Part shown: in pieces, positions 27,044 to 37,420 of the stretch
Layout of the letters: every line of letters starts with the position of its first letter
Position numbering within the stretch: the stretch's first letter is position 1
IMG/VR virus record: IMGVR_UViG_3300025470_000023
Source: an uncultured virus (IMG/VR IMGVR_UViG_3300025470_000023)
Lineage: Duplodnaviria; Heunggongvirae; Uroviricota; Caudoviricetes
Direction: 5' to 3' (one strand)
Length of the DNA: 64,000 nt
Made by a program: the position numbers and the translations under genes
The notes under the pieces: generated by a model
Database searches by the model: none
Told to the model about the DNA's origin: nothing
What the model saw: the letters and a program-made list of their open reading frames with translations, nothing else

Positions 27044-27465
27044 TCACACAATGCCTGACATCGTCATTTAAGCTGGAACTCCTCGAAGGGATTCACAACT
27101 TCTCCCTTGTGGGTGGTGATACCTTTAAGATCGCCCTGTATACGAGCGCGGCTAACATCGACTCCACCACTACGGTCTATACGACTTCTGGGGAGACTAC
27201 GGGTACGGGATACACCGCGGGTGGTGGCACGCTGACGGGTCTTGGGGTTACGCTCTCAGGCACTACGGCCTACACAAGCTGGCAGGATTTTACGTGGTCT
27301 AATTCCACGCTGACGACTGCGGGTGCGTTGATATACAATGCGTCTAAGGGTAACCGCTCCGTGGCGGTTCTGAATTTTGGTGGCTCCTACTCAACCAGCG
27401 CGGCCCCATTCACGGTAACTTTCCCGGCAAACAATAGCACCGCCGCGCCGGTTATCATTTACTGA
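27040..27465 (+). CDS. tail structural protein
   Basis: SFKLELL...FKIALYT...GYTAGG. Confidence 0.7.
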   Translation: MITQCLTSSFKLELLEGIHNFSLVGGDTFKIALYTSAANIDSTTTVYTTSGETTGTGYTAGGGTLTGLGVTLSGTTAYTSWQDFTWSNSTLTTAGALIYNASKGNRSVAVLNFGGSYSTSAAPFTVTFPANNSTAAPVIIY

Positions 27466-27472
27466 GGTTAAC

Positions 27473-28084
27473 ATGAGTAACGAACTTTCAAATTTTGGTG
27501 ACCACGCTGAAGTCTCTATGCAGGCCAACGCGGTTATTCCCGAAGGTATGGGCATCGAAGGTTCTTGGCACGTTGAGTGCCGAGACAAGGATGGCAACCT
27601 GAAGTGGACTGAAGAATTCCCTAATCTTGTCGTTGCCGCAGGTAAAGAACTCCTGCTCAATACGTTGCTTCGCACCTCGGGAACGTATACCACGGTAGGC
27701 CCGTTCTTGGGTCTGACTAAGGTCAGCCTGACCCCGGCAGCGACAGATACTATGGCCACGCTGGTTACGACCAATGCGGCTGAATTCACCAACTATACGG
27801 TGGGCGGCTCTGCGGTTCGCGGTACGGCGGTGTTTGCTGCGGCTACTTCTACGGGCACCACGCCTTCCAACGTGACTTCATCCACGGCTACGGCTATCAC
27901 CTACACCATCACGGGCGCGGGCGGTACGGTCTACGGATGCTTCTTGGTCACGGGTACGGGTGCTGTGAACACTCAGAGCTCAACGGCTGGCGTTCTGTAC
28001 TCCGAAGGCAATTTCAGTGTGGCTAAGACTACGACCGCTGGAGACACCGTCAGTTGCACGTACAGCACTAGCGCGACAAGTTGA
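27473..28084 (+). CDS. tail structural protein
   Basis: Thr-rich; LKW....NLVV..GK motif. Confidence 0.65.
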   Translation: MSNELSNFGDHAEVSMQANAVIPEGMGIEGSWHVECRDKDGNLKWTEEFPNLVVAAGKELLLNTLLRTSGTYTTVGPFLGLTKVSLTPAATDTMATLVTTNAAEFTNYTVGGSAVRGTAVFAAATSTGTTPSNVTSSTATAITYTITGAGGTVYGCFLVTGTGAVNTQSSTAGVLYSEGNFSVAKTTTAGDTVSCTYSTSATS

Positions 28085-28156
28085 TCTGATAAACTAAGCG
28101 CACCAAGGGCGGCTGGAACCGCCCTGAAGTGCTTCACCAACAATCTGTTAGGGAGA

Positions 28157-28675
28157 TTGAAGATGCGGAACGATCATATCATTGTTGAAAATGCCCAGCA
28201 ATTATGGGACTACGATCCAGAGACAGGCAGAATTTACTGGAAAGAGCCGAAGTGTAATGGTGCTATAAAGGCGGGACAGGAAGCGGGGTCTACAACGACA
28301 TCGGGTTATAGAGAGGTTAGAGTAGGCAGAAAGCCCGTTTTGGTCCACAGGGTAATCTGGTTTTTGTATTATGGTGAACTTCCTAGATGTCAGCTAGACC
28401 ACATAAACAGAGATCGGGCGGACAACAGAGTTTGCAATTTACGGATAGCGTATAACAACGCTAGCGATAACAACCAAAATAGGGCGGTAGGAAAAAACAA
28501 CACCTCTGGGTACAAAGGTGTTATATGGAACCCTAAGAACAGTAGATGGATAGTCCGACTTAAACATAAAGGGCGAAGCATGTATTTTGGGTCTTACCTC
28601 GATATCAAAGATGCCATAGCTGCTAGGAAAAGGGCAGAAGCAGAGCATTTTACTTTTATACATTCTCAGGAATAG
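28157..28675 (+). mobile_element. HNH-AP2 homing endonuclease
   Basis: YDPETG, HRVIW, LDHINRDRADNRVCNLR, NTSGYKGV...YFGSY AP2 domain. Confidence 0.9.
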
Positions 28676-28678
28676 GCC

Positions 28679-29176
28679 ATGGCTTTCGTCCTTGCTGACC
28701 GTGTGCAGGAAAGTTCGACAACAGCGGGTACGGGAACACTTACCCTGTCGGGCGCGGTCACGGGGTACAAAACCTTCAGCACCGGAATCGGTAACGGGAA
28801 CACCACCTATTACACGATCTTCGATTCCACTGCGAATGTCTGGGAAGTAGGACTCGGCACTGTCGGCGCCGGGACGCTATCGCGGGATACGGTCCTCTCC
28901 AATTCCTCCAATACGACCGCGCTGATTAGCTTCGCTGGTAACACAATCAATGTCTGGTGTGACTATCCTGCTACGCGCTCTGTCATTCAGGATGCAAGTC
29001 TTAACGGTACGGCTCCGCAGATCCGGGCTTCTAATGGCCTGTTGGTGACCGCTCAGACGGTCACGGCGAACTACACAATCGCATCAACGGATAACGCCAT
29101 CTCTCCCGGCCCCATCGCGGTCGCTTCGGGGATTACGGTCACGGTCAGTTCAGGCTCAGTTTGGGTGGTGGTATGA
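28679..29176 (+). CDS. tail fibre-associated structural protein
   Basis: MAFVLADRVQESSTTAGTGTLTL...WEVGLGT. Confidence 0.7.
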   Translation: MAFVLADRVQESSTTAGTGTLTLSGAVTGYKTFSTGIGNGNTTYYTIFDSTANVWEVGLGTVGAGTLSRDTVLSNSSNTTALISFAGNTINVWCDYPATRSVIQDASLNGTAPQIRASNGLLVTAQTVTANYTIASTDNAISPGPIAVASGITVTVSSGSVWVVV

Positions 29177-29787
29177 CGATTACGATCAACGGGACTACGG
29201 GTGTTACCTATCCTGCTGGCGGTACGGACAATGTCGCTGGATCTGGTGTGGGCACGACTGACTCTCAGACGCTGACGAATAAGACTTTAACTAGCCCAGC
29301 AATTACAGGAGCAACGCTTGGTGTAACTACTTTTAACGGTGGTGTAATCACTTCTGGTACGGCTCAAGCCACTACATCAGGAACGGCTGTAGGGTTTACT
29401 GGTATTCCAAGTTGGGTTAAGAGGATTACTATACAAAATAATGGCGTTGTCTCTAGTGGAGCGGCTCCTTTTATTCAGGTAGGCTCTGGAAGCTATGTAA
29501 GTACGGGGTACAATGCTGGATATGGATCTGGAGCTACGATAGTAAATACAACCAATGGAATTCTTTTTGGGGCAAGTGCGGCTTCATGGGGATCAATAAC
29601 TTTTACTTTACAAAATTCAAGCACTAATACATGGGTTGCTGCTGGGAGTGTGTGGAACACGTCAATCCCATTTGCTTTTGTAATTGCTGGACAAATTGCT
29701 CTTTCTGGTACTCTAGACCGTATTCAAATTTCAGTATCTTCCGGTGCATTTACCGCTGGCTCAGTCAACATTCTTTACGAAGGCTAA
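29173..29787 (+). CDS. tail fibre-like protein
   Basis: QTLTNKTLT repeat; FTGIPSWVKRIT...GTLDRIQI. Confidence 0.65.
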   Translation: MTITINGTTGVTYPAGGTDNVAGSGVGTTDSQTLTNKTLTSPAITGATLGVTTFNGGVITSGTAQATTSGTAVGFTGIPSWVKRITIQNNGVVSSGAAPFIQVGSGSYVSTGYNAGYGSGATIVNTTNGILFGASAASWGSITFTLQNSSTNTWVAAGSVWNTSIPFAFVIAGQIALSGTLDRIQISVSSGAFTAGSVNILYEG

Positions 29788-29790
29788 CCC

Positions 29791-30987
29791 ATGTCCGGCA
29801 ACATCAAGCTCAACACCCCCAGCAACGGATCGGTAACGATCTCAACGCCAGATACGGCCTCTGCTGTCACGGTCACTATCCCTGCGGCAACGGACACGGC
29901 TACGCTGAATACTCAAGCTCAGACGCTGACGAACAAGACGCTGACAGCGGCGGGGGCAAATTCAATCGAAGCCACATCAGGCCCAACGTCAACGCAGCTT
30001 GCTGGCAATAGAAACAAGATCATCAACGGCGCGATGATGATTGACCAGCGGAATGCTGGGGCGGCGGTTACTCCGGGTGCCGGCGGCACTTACATTCTTG
30101 ATCGCTGGAGTTTTGCTGTATCACAGGCATCTAAAATTTCTGTTCAGCAAAATGCAGGATCAGTCACCCCACCAGCAGGGTTTTCTAAATATTTAGGTGT
30201 TACGTCTCTATCTGCGTATTCTGCTACGGCATCAGAATTTTTTGATTTTGGTCAATTAGTAGAGGGACTTAATTGCGCTGATTTGTCATGGGGAACCGCA
30301 AGCGCGAAATCCATTACTTTATCCTTTTTAGTTTATTCAAGTCTCACAGGAACATTTGGCGGTGCAATAACAAACGGTTCGTTTAACAGGTCGTACCCGT
30401 TTTCATACACGATTTCTTCCGCCAATACGTGGACAACTGTTTCAATCACTATTCCCGGTGACACTTCTGGTACTTGGCTTACTACAAATGGCATTGGACT
30501 TCTGTTAGTTTTTGACATTGGTTGTGGGTCAAATTATAGAGGCACAGCAAATGCTTGGGCTGCTGGAACATATTACGGTGTCACTGGAACACAATCTGTA
30601 GTCGGAACCAACGGCGCAACCTTCTACATCACCGGAGTCCAGCTAGAAAAAGGCGCTACGGCTACACCGTTTGAGAACCGTCTTTACGGCACTGAGTTGG
30701 CGTTGTGTCAGAGGTATTACGAATCAGACGTTATCCCGTTTTGGGTAAACGCTATTTGGGCGGCAGGTAGTTACACCGCAGCAGGTAATAATAGCGCCCA
30801 GTTTCATACGCCAAAACGGGCTGTACCCACAGTAGCTGTTACGTATACATACCTAGATAACGTATCTGGAGCCAGCATAGTCAGCACTTATTCCGGGGGA
30901 TTTATTGCTACCTTAAACATAGTTGCTTACTCAACCTACCCGTATGCCCGAGCTTATATCTTTTACCAAGCATCGTGTGAGCTATGA
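29791..30987 (+). CDS. tail fibre protein
   Basis: NRNKIINGAMMIDQR...GVQLEKGATATPFE...ELALCQRYY. Confidence 0.75.
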   Translation: MSGNIKLNTPSNGSVTISTPDTASAVTVTIPAATDTATLNTQAQTLTNKTLTAAGANSIEATSGPTSTQLAGNRNKIINGAMMIDQRNAGAAVTPGAGGTYILDRWSFAVSQASKISVQQNAGSVTPPAGFSKYLGVTSLSAYSATASEFFDFGQLVEGLNCADLSWGTASAKSITLSFLVYSSLTGTFGGAITNGSFNRSYPFSYTISSANTWTTVSITIPGDTSGTWLTTNGIGLLLVFDIGCGSNYRGTANAWAAGTYYGVTGTQSVVGTNGATFYITGVQLEKGATATPFENRLYGTELALCQRYYESDVIPFWVNAIWAAGSYTAAGNNSAQFHTPKRAVPTVAVTYTYLDNVSGASIVSTYSGGFIATLNIVAYSTYPYARAYIFYQASCEL

Positions 30988-31211
30988 AATACCAACAACA
31001 AAAAAATACTTCTCCGACTGAATCAGCGCCAGCGACTGGTGTGTTGCTTGTGGAGGACGACGGAAAGATTTGGCTAGTTCCATTCGACCCCGCCAACAGC
31101 GATCTCCAAACCTTCAAGCGAGAAGTCTCCGAAGGCGTCGAACTCCAAGACCCTGATGGGAATGTGATGACGCAGGAAGAAGTAGATGCGTTCCTTAAAA
31201 CCATTCCGTAG
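30984..31211 (+). CDS. tail fibre-associated small protein
   Basis: VPFDPANSD motif directly after the fibre gene. Confidence 0.6.
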   Translation: MKYQQQKNTSPTESAPATGVLLVEDDGKIWLVPFDPANSDLQTFKREVSEGVELQDPDGNVMTQEEVDAFLKTIP

Positions 31212-31219
31212 GTAAAGCC

Positions 31220-32311
31220 ATGTCGGTAGTTAAAAGTAACGCCCATCAAGTAGGGCAATCCGTAACGGCCACCAACAATTTCACCCTCTATCAGCCTGCA
31301 TCCCCGGACGGCACGGTGCGCTTGGGTGTCGGTAACGCTGGAGCTACGACTGCTGATGTCATCACGGCTTCATCCTCCGCTGTTTCTTTTGGCGTACCGC
31401 TTGGGTTGCCTACTTGGACTACTGCGACTAGACCTGCGTCCCCTGCTACGGGAACTACGGGGTACAACACAGGGCAAAATACTATCGAGACTTGGAGCGG
31501 CGCTACTTGGTATGCTTCTTCAACCGCGCCTATTGTTTCAGCCTCTTATCTTATAGCCGCTGGTGGTGGTGGTGGTGCAAATCCGTTTATCACTGTTGAC
31601 TCTGCTGGTGGCGGTGGCGGTGCTGGTGGCCTATTATCTGGAACAGCAAATCTCACTGTAGGAACGGTTTATTCAATCACTGTAGGGGCTGGAGGGGCCG
31701 GCAATACAGGGGTCGATCAGGGTGGATCAGGAGGAAACTCTGTTTTTAACTCGCTTACAGCCATAGGCGGTGGTGGTGGAGCTCGGCAAAGTCGAACTGG
31801 TGCTAATGGTGGATCTGGTGGAGGGGGGAATTTATCCGCTGGTGGCTCCGGTACTTCAGGACAAGGATTTGCTGGAGGTACTGGACAATCAACGACTTCT
31901 CTTCAGGCTGGTGGAGGTGGTGGCGCTGGCGCAGTTGGCTCCAACAGCGGCAACGATAACGGCATTGGTGGCAATGGCGGCATAGGCGTTGCATCATCAA
32001 TAACGGGATCGTCCGTTTATTATGCTGGAGGTGGTGGTGGTGGTGGCTCTGTCACGGCAGGAACTGGAGGTTCTGGCGGCGGGGGCAATGCGTCAACGTC
32101 GACTACAGGAACTGCTGGAACAGTTAATACTGGAGGGGGCGCCGGAGGAAGCAGGGGTAATGTCACTGGTGCAAATGGTGGTTCAGGAGTGGTGATTCTT
32201 TCTGTTCCAACAGCGGCTTATTCCGGTACAACTACGGGATCACCAACAATCACAACATCCGGCTCAAACACCATCATCAAATTCACCTCCTCTGGGAGTT
32301 ACACAGCATGA
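31220..32311 (+). CDS. glycine-rich tail fibre protein
   Basis: AGGGGG repeats, GGSGVVIL, FTSSGSYTA end. Confidence 0.75.
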   Translation: MSVVKSNAHQVGQSVTATNNFTLYQPASPDGTVRLGVGNAGATTADVITASSSAVSFGVPLGLPTWTTATRPASPATGTTGYNTGQNTIETWSGATWYASSTAPIVSASYLIAAGGGGGANPFITVDSAGGGGGAGGLLSGTANLTVGTVYSITVGAGGAGNTGVDQGGSGGNSVFNSLTAIGGGGGARQSRTGANGGSGGGGNLSAGGSGTSGQGFAGGTGQSTTSLQAGGGGGAGAVGSNSGNDNGIGGNGGIGVASSITGSSVYYAGGGGGGGSVTAGTGGSGGGGNASTSTTGTAGTVNTGGGAGGSRGNVTGANGGSGVVILSVPTAAYSGTTTGSPTITTSGSNTIIKFTSSGSYTA

Positions 32312-32676
32312 GTCATTTCGCAAAAGTCCTTGATGGCAAAGTTATCCAAGTTATTGTCGCTGAAGCGGGTTTTTTCGATACGTTCGTGGACTCTTCTCCG
32401 GGGCAGTGGATACAGACCTCATACAACACTCGCGGCAATGTTCACTATGGGCCTGACGGGCAGCCGGATGGCGGTGAAGCGCTGCGTGGTAACTATGCGG
32501 GGATTGGGTTCAATTACGATGCGTCCATTGACGCTTTCTACCCGCCGCAGCCCTATCCGAGCTGGGTGCTGAGTCCTCTTACACTGCTGTGGGAATCCCC
32601 GGTGCCTTATCCCGCTGACGGCAAACTCTACAAATGGGACGAGGCCACCACTTCTTGGGTTGAAGTAACCCCGTGA
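32308..32676 (+). CDS. small partner of the glycine-rich fibre
   Basis: MSHFAKV...WIQTSYNT...RGNYAGIG...PQPYPSW. Confidence 0.7.
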   Translation: MSHFAKVLDGKVIQVIVAEAGFFDTFVDSSPGQWIQTSYNTRGNVHYGPDGQPDGGEALRGNYAGIGFNYDASIDAFYPPQPYPSWVLSPLTLLWESPVPYPADGKLYKWDEATTSWVEVTP

Positions 32677-33008
32677 GCAACATCTACGCTTGGACGATCA
32701 CCGCGATGGATTGTGTGCCGCAGGTAGACGGTCTGATGAATTATGTGGTGACCAGCCATTGGCTCTGCCAAGGCACGGATGGATCGTATACAGGCTCCGA
32801 GGCCAACACGGCAACCTTCGTCATTGATCCAAACAAGCCGGACTATATCCCCTACAACCAGCTCACCGAAGCCGAAGTTGTAGCGTGGACGCAGGCCGCG
32901 CTGGGGCCTGATATCATTCAAACTGTGTACGCATCTATCAACGCGCAGATTGAGACACAGGAGCATCCTGTAGTCGTGCAGCCGCCTCTACCTTGGAAGA
33001 CAGGCTAA
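32673..33008 (+). CDS. tail-associated hypothetical protein
   Basis: YIPYNQLTEAEVVAW...PLPW. Confidence 0.65.
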   Translation: MSNIYAWTITAMDCVPQVDGLMNYVVTSHWLCQGTDGSYTGSEANTATFVIDPNKPDYIPYNQLTEAEVVAWTQAALGPDIIQTVYASINAQIETQEHPVVVQPPLPWKTG

Positions 33009-33911
33009 ATGTTTGGTCGCTACGCCATATCGCAAGCACCGTTTGCTGGTCAATCGGGTAACTTCTACGCGCTCACGCGCAACGAGAACATAGGGCTTGC
33101 AGATTCATACGTAGCGACTTCGACCGCTTCGCTCTCGGTCACTGAGACCATCACCGTAAACGACACCAACGCGCAGCAGGACGTTTTCTACTTCGGGAAC
33201 GTGGATGCGGTCTTCTCTACGATTGACATCGAGACGGTCAACTCGGCTTTCCTGCAGTCTTTAACGGAGCCCGTCACTCTGACGGATACCCAAACCGCGT
33301 CCGCGGCTTTCCCCGTTTCTCGTACCGAGAACGTCACACTTGCCGACTCCAGCACGCAGGTTTCTGCATTCAACCAATCGCAGACGGAAAACATCACTCT
33401 GGCGGACACCTTCTCATTCACAGGTGTGCTGTACTTTGGTATCACGGAAGCGTTTACTTCCAAGGACACGCCGACCATCACGGCGCAGTACCCGCAGTCC
33501 ATAACAGAGAGCATCAATCTCGCGGACACCATCACTATCACCGCGCAGTTCAAAGGGTCGGTAACGGAAGCGCTGGCTTCACTCGATGCCTATCAAGCGG
33601 GTGTTGTGGTGTTGTTCACCATCAACGAGAATACGAGCCTTGCGGATTCGAGCGTGGCCAATTCAGGGTTTACGTTCCATCAGTATGAGGTTTTCAACGC
33701 GCTAGACACGCCGACGATCACAGCCCAGTTTGTTGTTGCTGAGAATGAAGCCTTTGCGATCAATACGCACCTAGAACTTCACGGCTGGATTAAGATCCCC
33801 GACCATCAGAACGCAAACTGGCAGGCGATCAATGATACTCAGACCGCGAATTGGACTCCTGTAGACGATGCCCAGACGCCAAATTGGGTAAACATTTTTG
33901 ACAAACAATAG
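33009..33911 (+). CDS. repeat-rich tail protein
   Basis: Approximately 20-aa TExxxLAD repeats. Confidence 0.7.
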   Translation: MFGRYAISQAPFAGQSGNFYALTRNENIGLADSYVATSTASLSVTETITVNDTNAQQDVFYFGNVDAVFSTIDIETVNSAFLQSLTEPVTLTDTQTASAAFPVSRTENVTLADSSTQVSAFNQSQTENITLADTFSFTGVLYFGITEAFTSKDTPTITAQYPQSITESINLADTITITAQFKGSVTEALASLDAYQAGVVVLFTINENTSLADSSVANSGFTFHQYEVFNALDTPTITAQFVVAENEAFAINTHLELHGWIKIPDHQNANWQAINDTQTANWTPVDDAQTPNWVNIFDKQ

Positions 33912-33919
33912 GTGACACC

Positions 33920-34153
33920 ATGAACCCAATCGTACTTTTTCTTCTCAAGCAGGTTGTTGATCTCATTCTTGGCTCCGACGTTTTTGAACGCGTGCTGGCT
34001 GCTGTAGAGCGCTGGGCGGATAAAGAAATCTCCGGCCTTGAAAAGAAACAGGGCGTTCTTGCTGAACTTGAAATCATCGGGTTGAACCTGACCAAGTCCG
34101 GTGCCAACTTCGCAGTAGAAGCTGCGGTACAGTATCTGAAGGCCAAAGCATGA
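33920..34153 (+). CDS. holin-like / lysis-region protein
   Basis: 77 aa in the lysis cluster. Confidence 0.5.
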   Translation: MNPIVLFLLKQVVDLILGSDVFERVLAAVERWADKEISGLEKKQGVLAELEIIGLNLTKSGANFAVEAAVQYLKAKA

Positions 34154-34395
34154 GCCTGAAAGACGACCTTAATCTTTCTACGGACACGGGGACTAACATC
34201 CTCGCGGTACTTGCCCCGGTGCTGACCTATGTGCTCTCTATGCCGGAAGGAACGGCAAAGCAAATTCTGGTGGGGCTATGTGTCACTGCGATCTCCGTCA
34301 ACCTCTATCTCATCAAGGGGAGCAAGGGGCAGGCCGTTCAGGGGGTAGATAGTTCCAAACCTTTGGAAGAGATTTTGAAGGAAGGCCGGGAATGA
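34150..34395 (+). CDS. holin (probable)
   Basis: Two hydrophobic segments, charged C-terminus, upstream of lysozyme. Confidence 0.55.
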   Translation: MSLKDDLNLSTDTGTNILAVLAPVLTYVLSMPEGTAKQILVGLCVTAISVNLYLIKGSKGQAVQGVDSSKPLEEILKEGRE

Positions 34396-34607
34396 TTCGC
34401 TTATTGGGTTTTTTGCTCCTCTCTGGGTGCGTCAGCGCGCCTGTAGCACCGAACCTGAAACTGCCCGAGCAGAACTGTCCGAAGCTGGATATAAAGCCCG
34501 TACCGCAGAAAGCCTATCTCGACATTCAAGGCGACAAGATTGTCTACGATGCTGGCGGGGAGCAGTTATTGCGGGGTTATGTAGCTTGCCGGGCTGCGCT
34601 ACGGTAA
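34392..34607 (+). CDS. lipoprotein, o-spanin-like
   Basis: Lipobox LLLSG-C, Pro-rich. Confidence 0.6.
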   Translation: MIRLLGFLLLSGCVSAPVAPNLKLPEQNCPKLDIKPVPQKAYLDIQGDKIVYDAGGEQLLRGYVACRAALR

Positions 34608-34712
34608 CGAACTACCTTAATTGCACACCCTCCGGGCAGTTGATCTACTTGAGCTTTGACAAAGGACTGATTGCGGGAGCATCGTGCCGATATGACATTG
34701 ACGGAAACTTAG

Positions 34713-35150
34713 ATGGACATAGGACGCAAGGGCGAAGATCTGATCAAGAGCTTTGAAAGCTGCAAGCTGACCGCGTACCGGGATCAGCGAGGCATTTGGA
34801 CATGCGGCTGGGGCGCTACAGGCCCCGATATTTCTGCGCGAACACATTGGACGCAGGACCAAGCCGATGCTCGTTTCGATAAGGACATTGAGATCAGAGT
34901 GAAACAGCTTAATGATTTTTTAGACGGCGCGCCTACGACGCAGGACCAATTCGATGCTTTGTTATCTCTAGGGTACAATATCGGCATGGGAGCGCTCAAA
35001 GGCTCTACAGCGCTTAGGAAACACATTATCGGTGATCATGCGGGAGCAGCTAATGCCATCCTCATGTGGAACAAAACTAACGGACAACCTAACAAGGGTT
35101 TAACCAGACGCCGCGAAGCGGAACGCAAGCTCTATTTGAGCGAGGATTAA
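34713..35150 (+). CDS. endolysin, GH24 lysozyme
   Basis: FES..LTAYRD..GIWTCGWG (E-D-T triad), QFDAL, GLTRRREAE. Confidence 0.9.
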   Translation: MDIGRKGEDLIKSFESCKLTAYRDQRGIWTCGWGATGPDISARTHWTQDQADARFDKDIEIRVKQLNDFLDGAPTTQDQFDALLSLGYNIGMGALKGSTALRKHIIGDHAGAANAILMWNKTNGQPNKGLTRRREAERKLYLSED

Positions 35151-35153
35151 CAG

Positions 35154-36239
35154 ATGTCATCAACTTATTCTTCCAACCTGCGTTTCGAGCTCATCGGTAA
35201 CGGTGAACAGGCCAATACGTGGGGCACCACAACCGACACCAACATCGGTACGCTGATCGAGGAATCCATTGCGGGACTTGTATCGGTGGATGTCACCGCA
35301 GCGAACGTCACGTTGATTTCTCTGAACGGAGCGTCTGACCAAGCTAGGCAGATGATCATTAACGTAACGGGTACGCCTAGCGCACCGCGTGTAGTTTTTG
35401 CCCCGACAACGTCAAAAGTTTATATCGTCTCCAACAACTCCACACAGGATGTGGATATTCAAACGACGGCTTTGGGCGACTCTTATACAGTCATGCCCGG
35501 TTTAGCTGCGATTGTCTATTCAGACGGGACCAACTTTTACTCGGCATCAGGCGACGCACTGCCAACTACGGGCGGCACGATCACAGGTAATCTTGAAGTC
35601 GATGGTACGCTGACGCGCGGTGGGTACACAGTCCTCAATGCAAGCAACTTCAATTCGTATGCCCCCACTAATTTGGGTGTAGGCGCCTCGGGCACTTGGG
35701 GGATCAGTATCTCGGGAACCGCGGGATATGCCATCTATCCTTCTGGCGGTGGAACTTTCATCACCTCATCTAACATTGGAAGCCAAAGTGTTAGCAGCGC
35801 AAGTAGCGCGACCAATGCGACCAACGTCGTCTCAGGCGGTAATGTCACCACGACCAGCGTGGGTGTAGGAACCGCGGCCTCAGGTTCTTCAGGCGACGTT
35901 CGAGCAACGGGCAATGTGACCGCATACTACACTTCAGACTCACGCCTCAAAAACGACCAGAAGAAGATCACCAGCCCGCTAGACAAGGTTAAGTCTCTCG
36001 ACGGAATAGAGTTCAACTGGAACGATGAGTTCCTGCGCCGTAATGGCGGCGAAGATAAGTTCTTCCTACGTAAGCATGATGTGGGTGTGATCGCTCAACA
36101 GGTGCAGAAAGTCGTACCCGAAGCGGTAGCGCAGAAGCCTGATGGTTTCCTTGGCGTGCAGTACGACAAACTCATTCCACTGCTGATCGAAGCCATTAAA
36201 GAACTCTCCACCAAGATCGAGGAACTGGAGGCCCGCTAA
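35154..36239 (+). CDS. tail fibre with C-terminal peptidase S74 intramolecular chaperone
   Basis: TSDSRLKN...GVIAQQVQKVVPEAV...YDKLIPLLIEAIKEL. Confidence 0.85.
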   Translation: MSSTYSSNLRFELIGNGEQANTWGTTTDTNIGTLIEESIAGLVSVDVTAANVTLISLNGASDQARQMIINVTGTPSAPRVVFAPTTSKVYIVSNNSTQDVDIQTTALGDSYTVMPGLAAIVYSDGTNFYSASGDALPTTGGTITGNLEVDGTLTRGGYTVLNASNFNSYAPTNLGVGASGTWGISISGTAGYAIYPSGGGTFITSSNIGSQSVSSASSATNATNVVSGGNVTTTSVGVGTAASGSSGDVRATGNVTAYYTSDSRLKNDQKKITSPLDKVKSLDGIEFNWNDEFLRRNGGEDKFFLRKHDVGVIAQQVQKVVPEAVAQKPDGFLGVQYDKLIPLLIEAIKELSTKIEELEAR

Positions 36240-37132
36240 TGACGATGAATAGCTCAGGGCCGATCTCTCTTGGCGGCTCCGTCACCGGGCAGTCCATCAA
36301 TCTTGAGATCCTACAGACTGCTACGACTCAGGTCTCTTTAAACGACTCAAAAGTTCGCACGCTGGCCCAAGTTCCGTCCGGGCAGATCACAATGCCCGCC
36401 AATTTCTGGGGTAAAAAATACGCAGCAAATAGCGCCTACTATTTTATGATGGGCGGCGGTGGGAATAGCGCGGGCGCGGGCGGCGGTCAGATGATCGGGC
36501 AAAATACGGGAGCGCAGGCTACAGCGCTTTCAGGCACCTACACGGTTGTTGTGGGTGGAGCAGGTGCGTCTTCCAGCATAAGCTGGGGCGCTACGGCCAT
36601 AGCGGGCGGTACGGGGCCTTCGTACTACGCTTCTTATTGCGCCACTCCGGGTAACGGAGCATGTGGTGCTGGGGCTGTTGTAGCTTATGAAGCTGGGGCG
36701 TGTTCTCCGGGTACTGGGTATTATGGCTACGGCGGCGGCGCTAGTATCTGGGGCGGATTTCCTAATCAGGACTCTTTAGGTGGCGGAGGCGGAGGGCTAG
36801 GCAGTCCGGGCGGTTCGGCTAACATATCCTACGGATCGGGTGCCGGGGGCAACGGCGTTACGTCTTCGTTTAACTATGCAGGATCAGCTATCTACTATGG
36901 TGGCGGTACGGGTGGACAACCTTTTATTTGTAGGCCCGGCGTGAACTGTAACATTGGTGCTAATGGCGCGGGTGTTGGCCCTAATACGGGTGGTGGCGGT
37001 TCTTCTGGTATCGTTATCATCCGTACCCCAGATTCATTCCCCCAGTGCCCTACTACGGGCTCCCCATCTATTGTGCAATCCGGCGGGTACTATTGGTACA
37101 CGTTCAACGGCTCCGGCACAATTACGTTCTAA
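36239..37132 (+). CDS. glycine-rich tail fibre protein 2
   Basis: SSGPISL N-terminus, GGSSGIVII, YTFNGSGTITF end. Confidence 0.7.
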   Translation: MTMNSSGPISLGGSVTGQSINLEILQTATTQVSLNDSKVRTLAQVPSGQITMPANFWGKKYAANSAYYFMMGGGGNSAGAGGGQMIGQNTGAQATALSGTYTVVVGGAGASSSISWGATAIAGGTGPSYYASYCATPGNGACGAGAVVAYEAGACSPGTGYYGYGGGASIWGGFPNQDSLGGGGGGLGSPGGSANISYGSGAGGNGVTSSFNYAGSAIYYGGGTGGQPFICRPGVNCNIGANGAGVGPNTGGGGSSGIVIIRTPDSFPQCPTTGSPSIVQSGGYYWYTFNGSGTITF

Positions 37133-37141
37133 GAGGAAGGT

Positions 37142-37420
37142 ATGTCCCATTTCGCAGAGTTAGATGAAAACAGCATGGTTAAAATGGTCATCGTCGTGAA
37201 TAACGAGGTGCTCAATGATCTGCCTTTTCCTGAGTCTGAACCGCTAGGAATCGAGTTCTGCAAGTCTCTCTTTAGCCATGAAACCAACTGGAAACAGACT
37301 TCAATAAACCATAATTTTAGGAATCAATACGCCCGGCGTGGGTTCTTTTATGACGCAGAAAGAGATGGCTTCTACGATCCTGAAGCTCCTGAAGGCTACC
37401 CTGACTACGAAGTAAGCTAA
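37142..37420 (+). CDS. paralog of 32308..32676
   Basis: MSHFAEL...WKQTS...FRNQYA...FFYDAERDGFY. Confidence 0.7.
   Translation: MSHFAELDENSMVKMVIVVNNEVLNDLPFPESEPLGIEFCKSLFSHETNWKQTSINHNFRNQYARRGFFYDAERDGFYDPEAPEGYPDYEVS

Noticed and set aside
34427..34756. Second overlapping lipoprotein (LCSLPG-C) in the lysis cassette
   Set aside because: A lipobox-like string is present, but I found no suitable start codon or RBS near the hydrophobic stretch.
29173..37132. Diversity-generating retroelement acting on the tail fibres
   Set aside because: No reverse transcriptase in the window and no template/variable repeat pair with adenine-specific differences seen.
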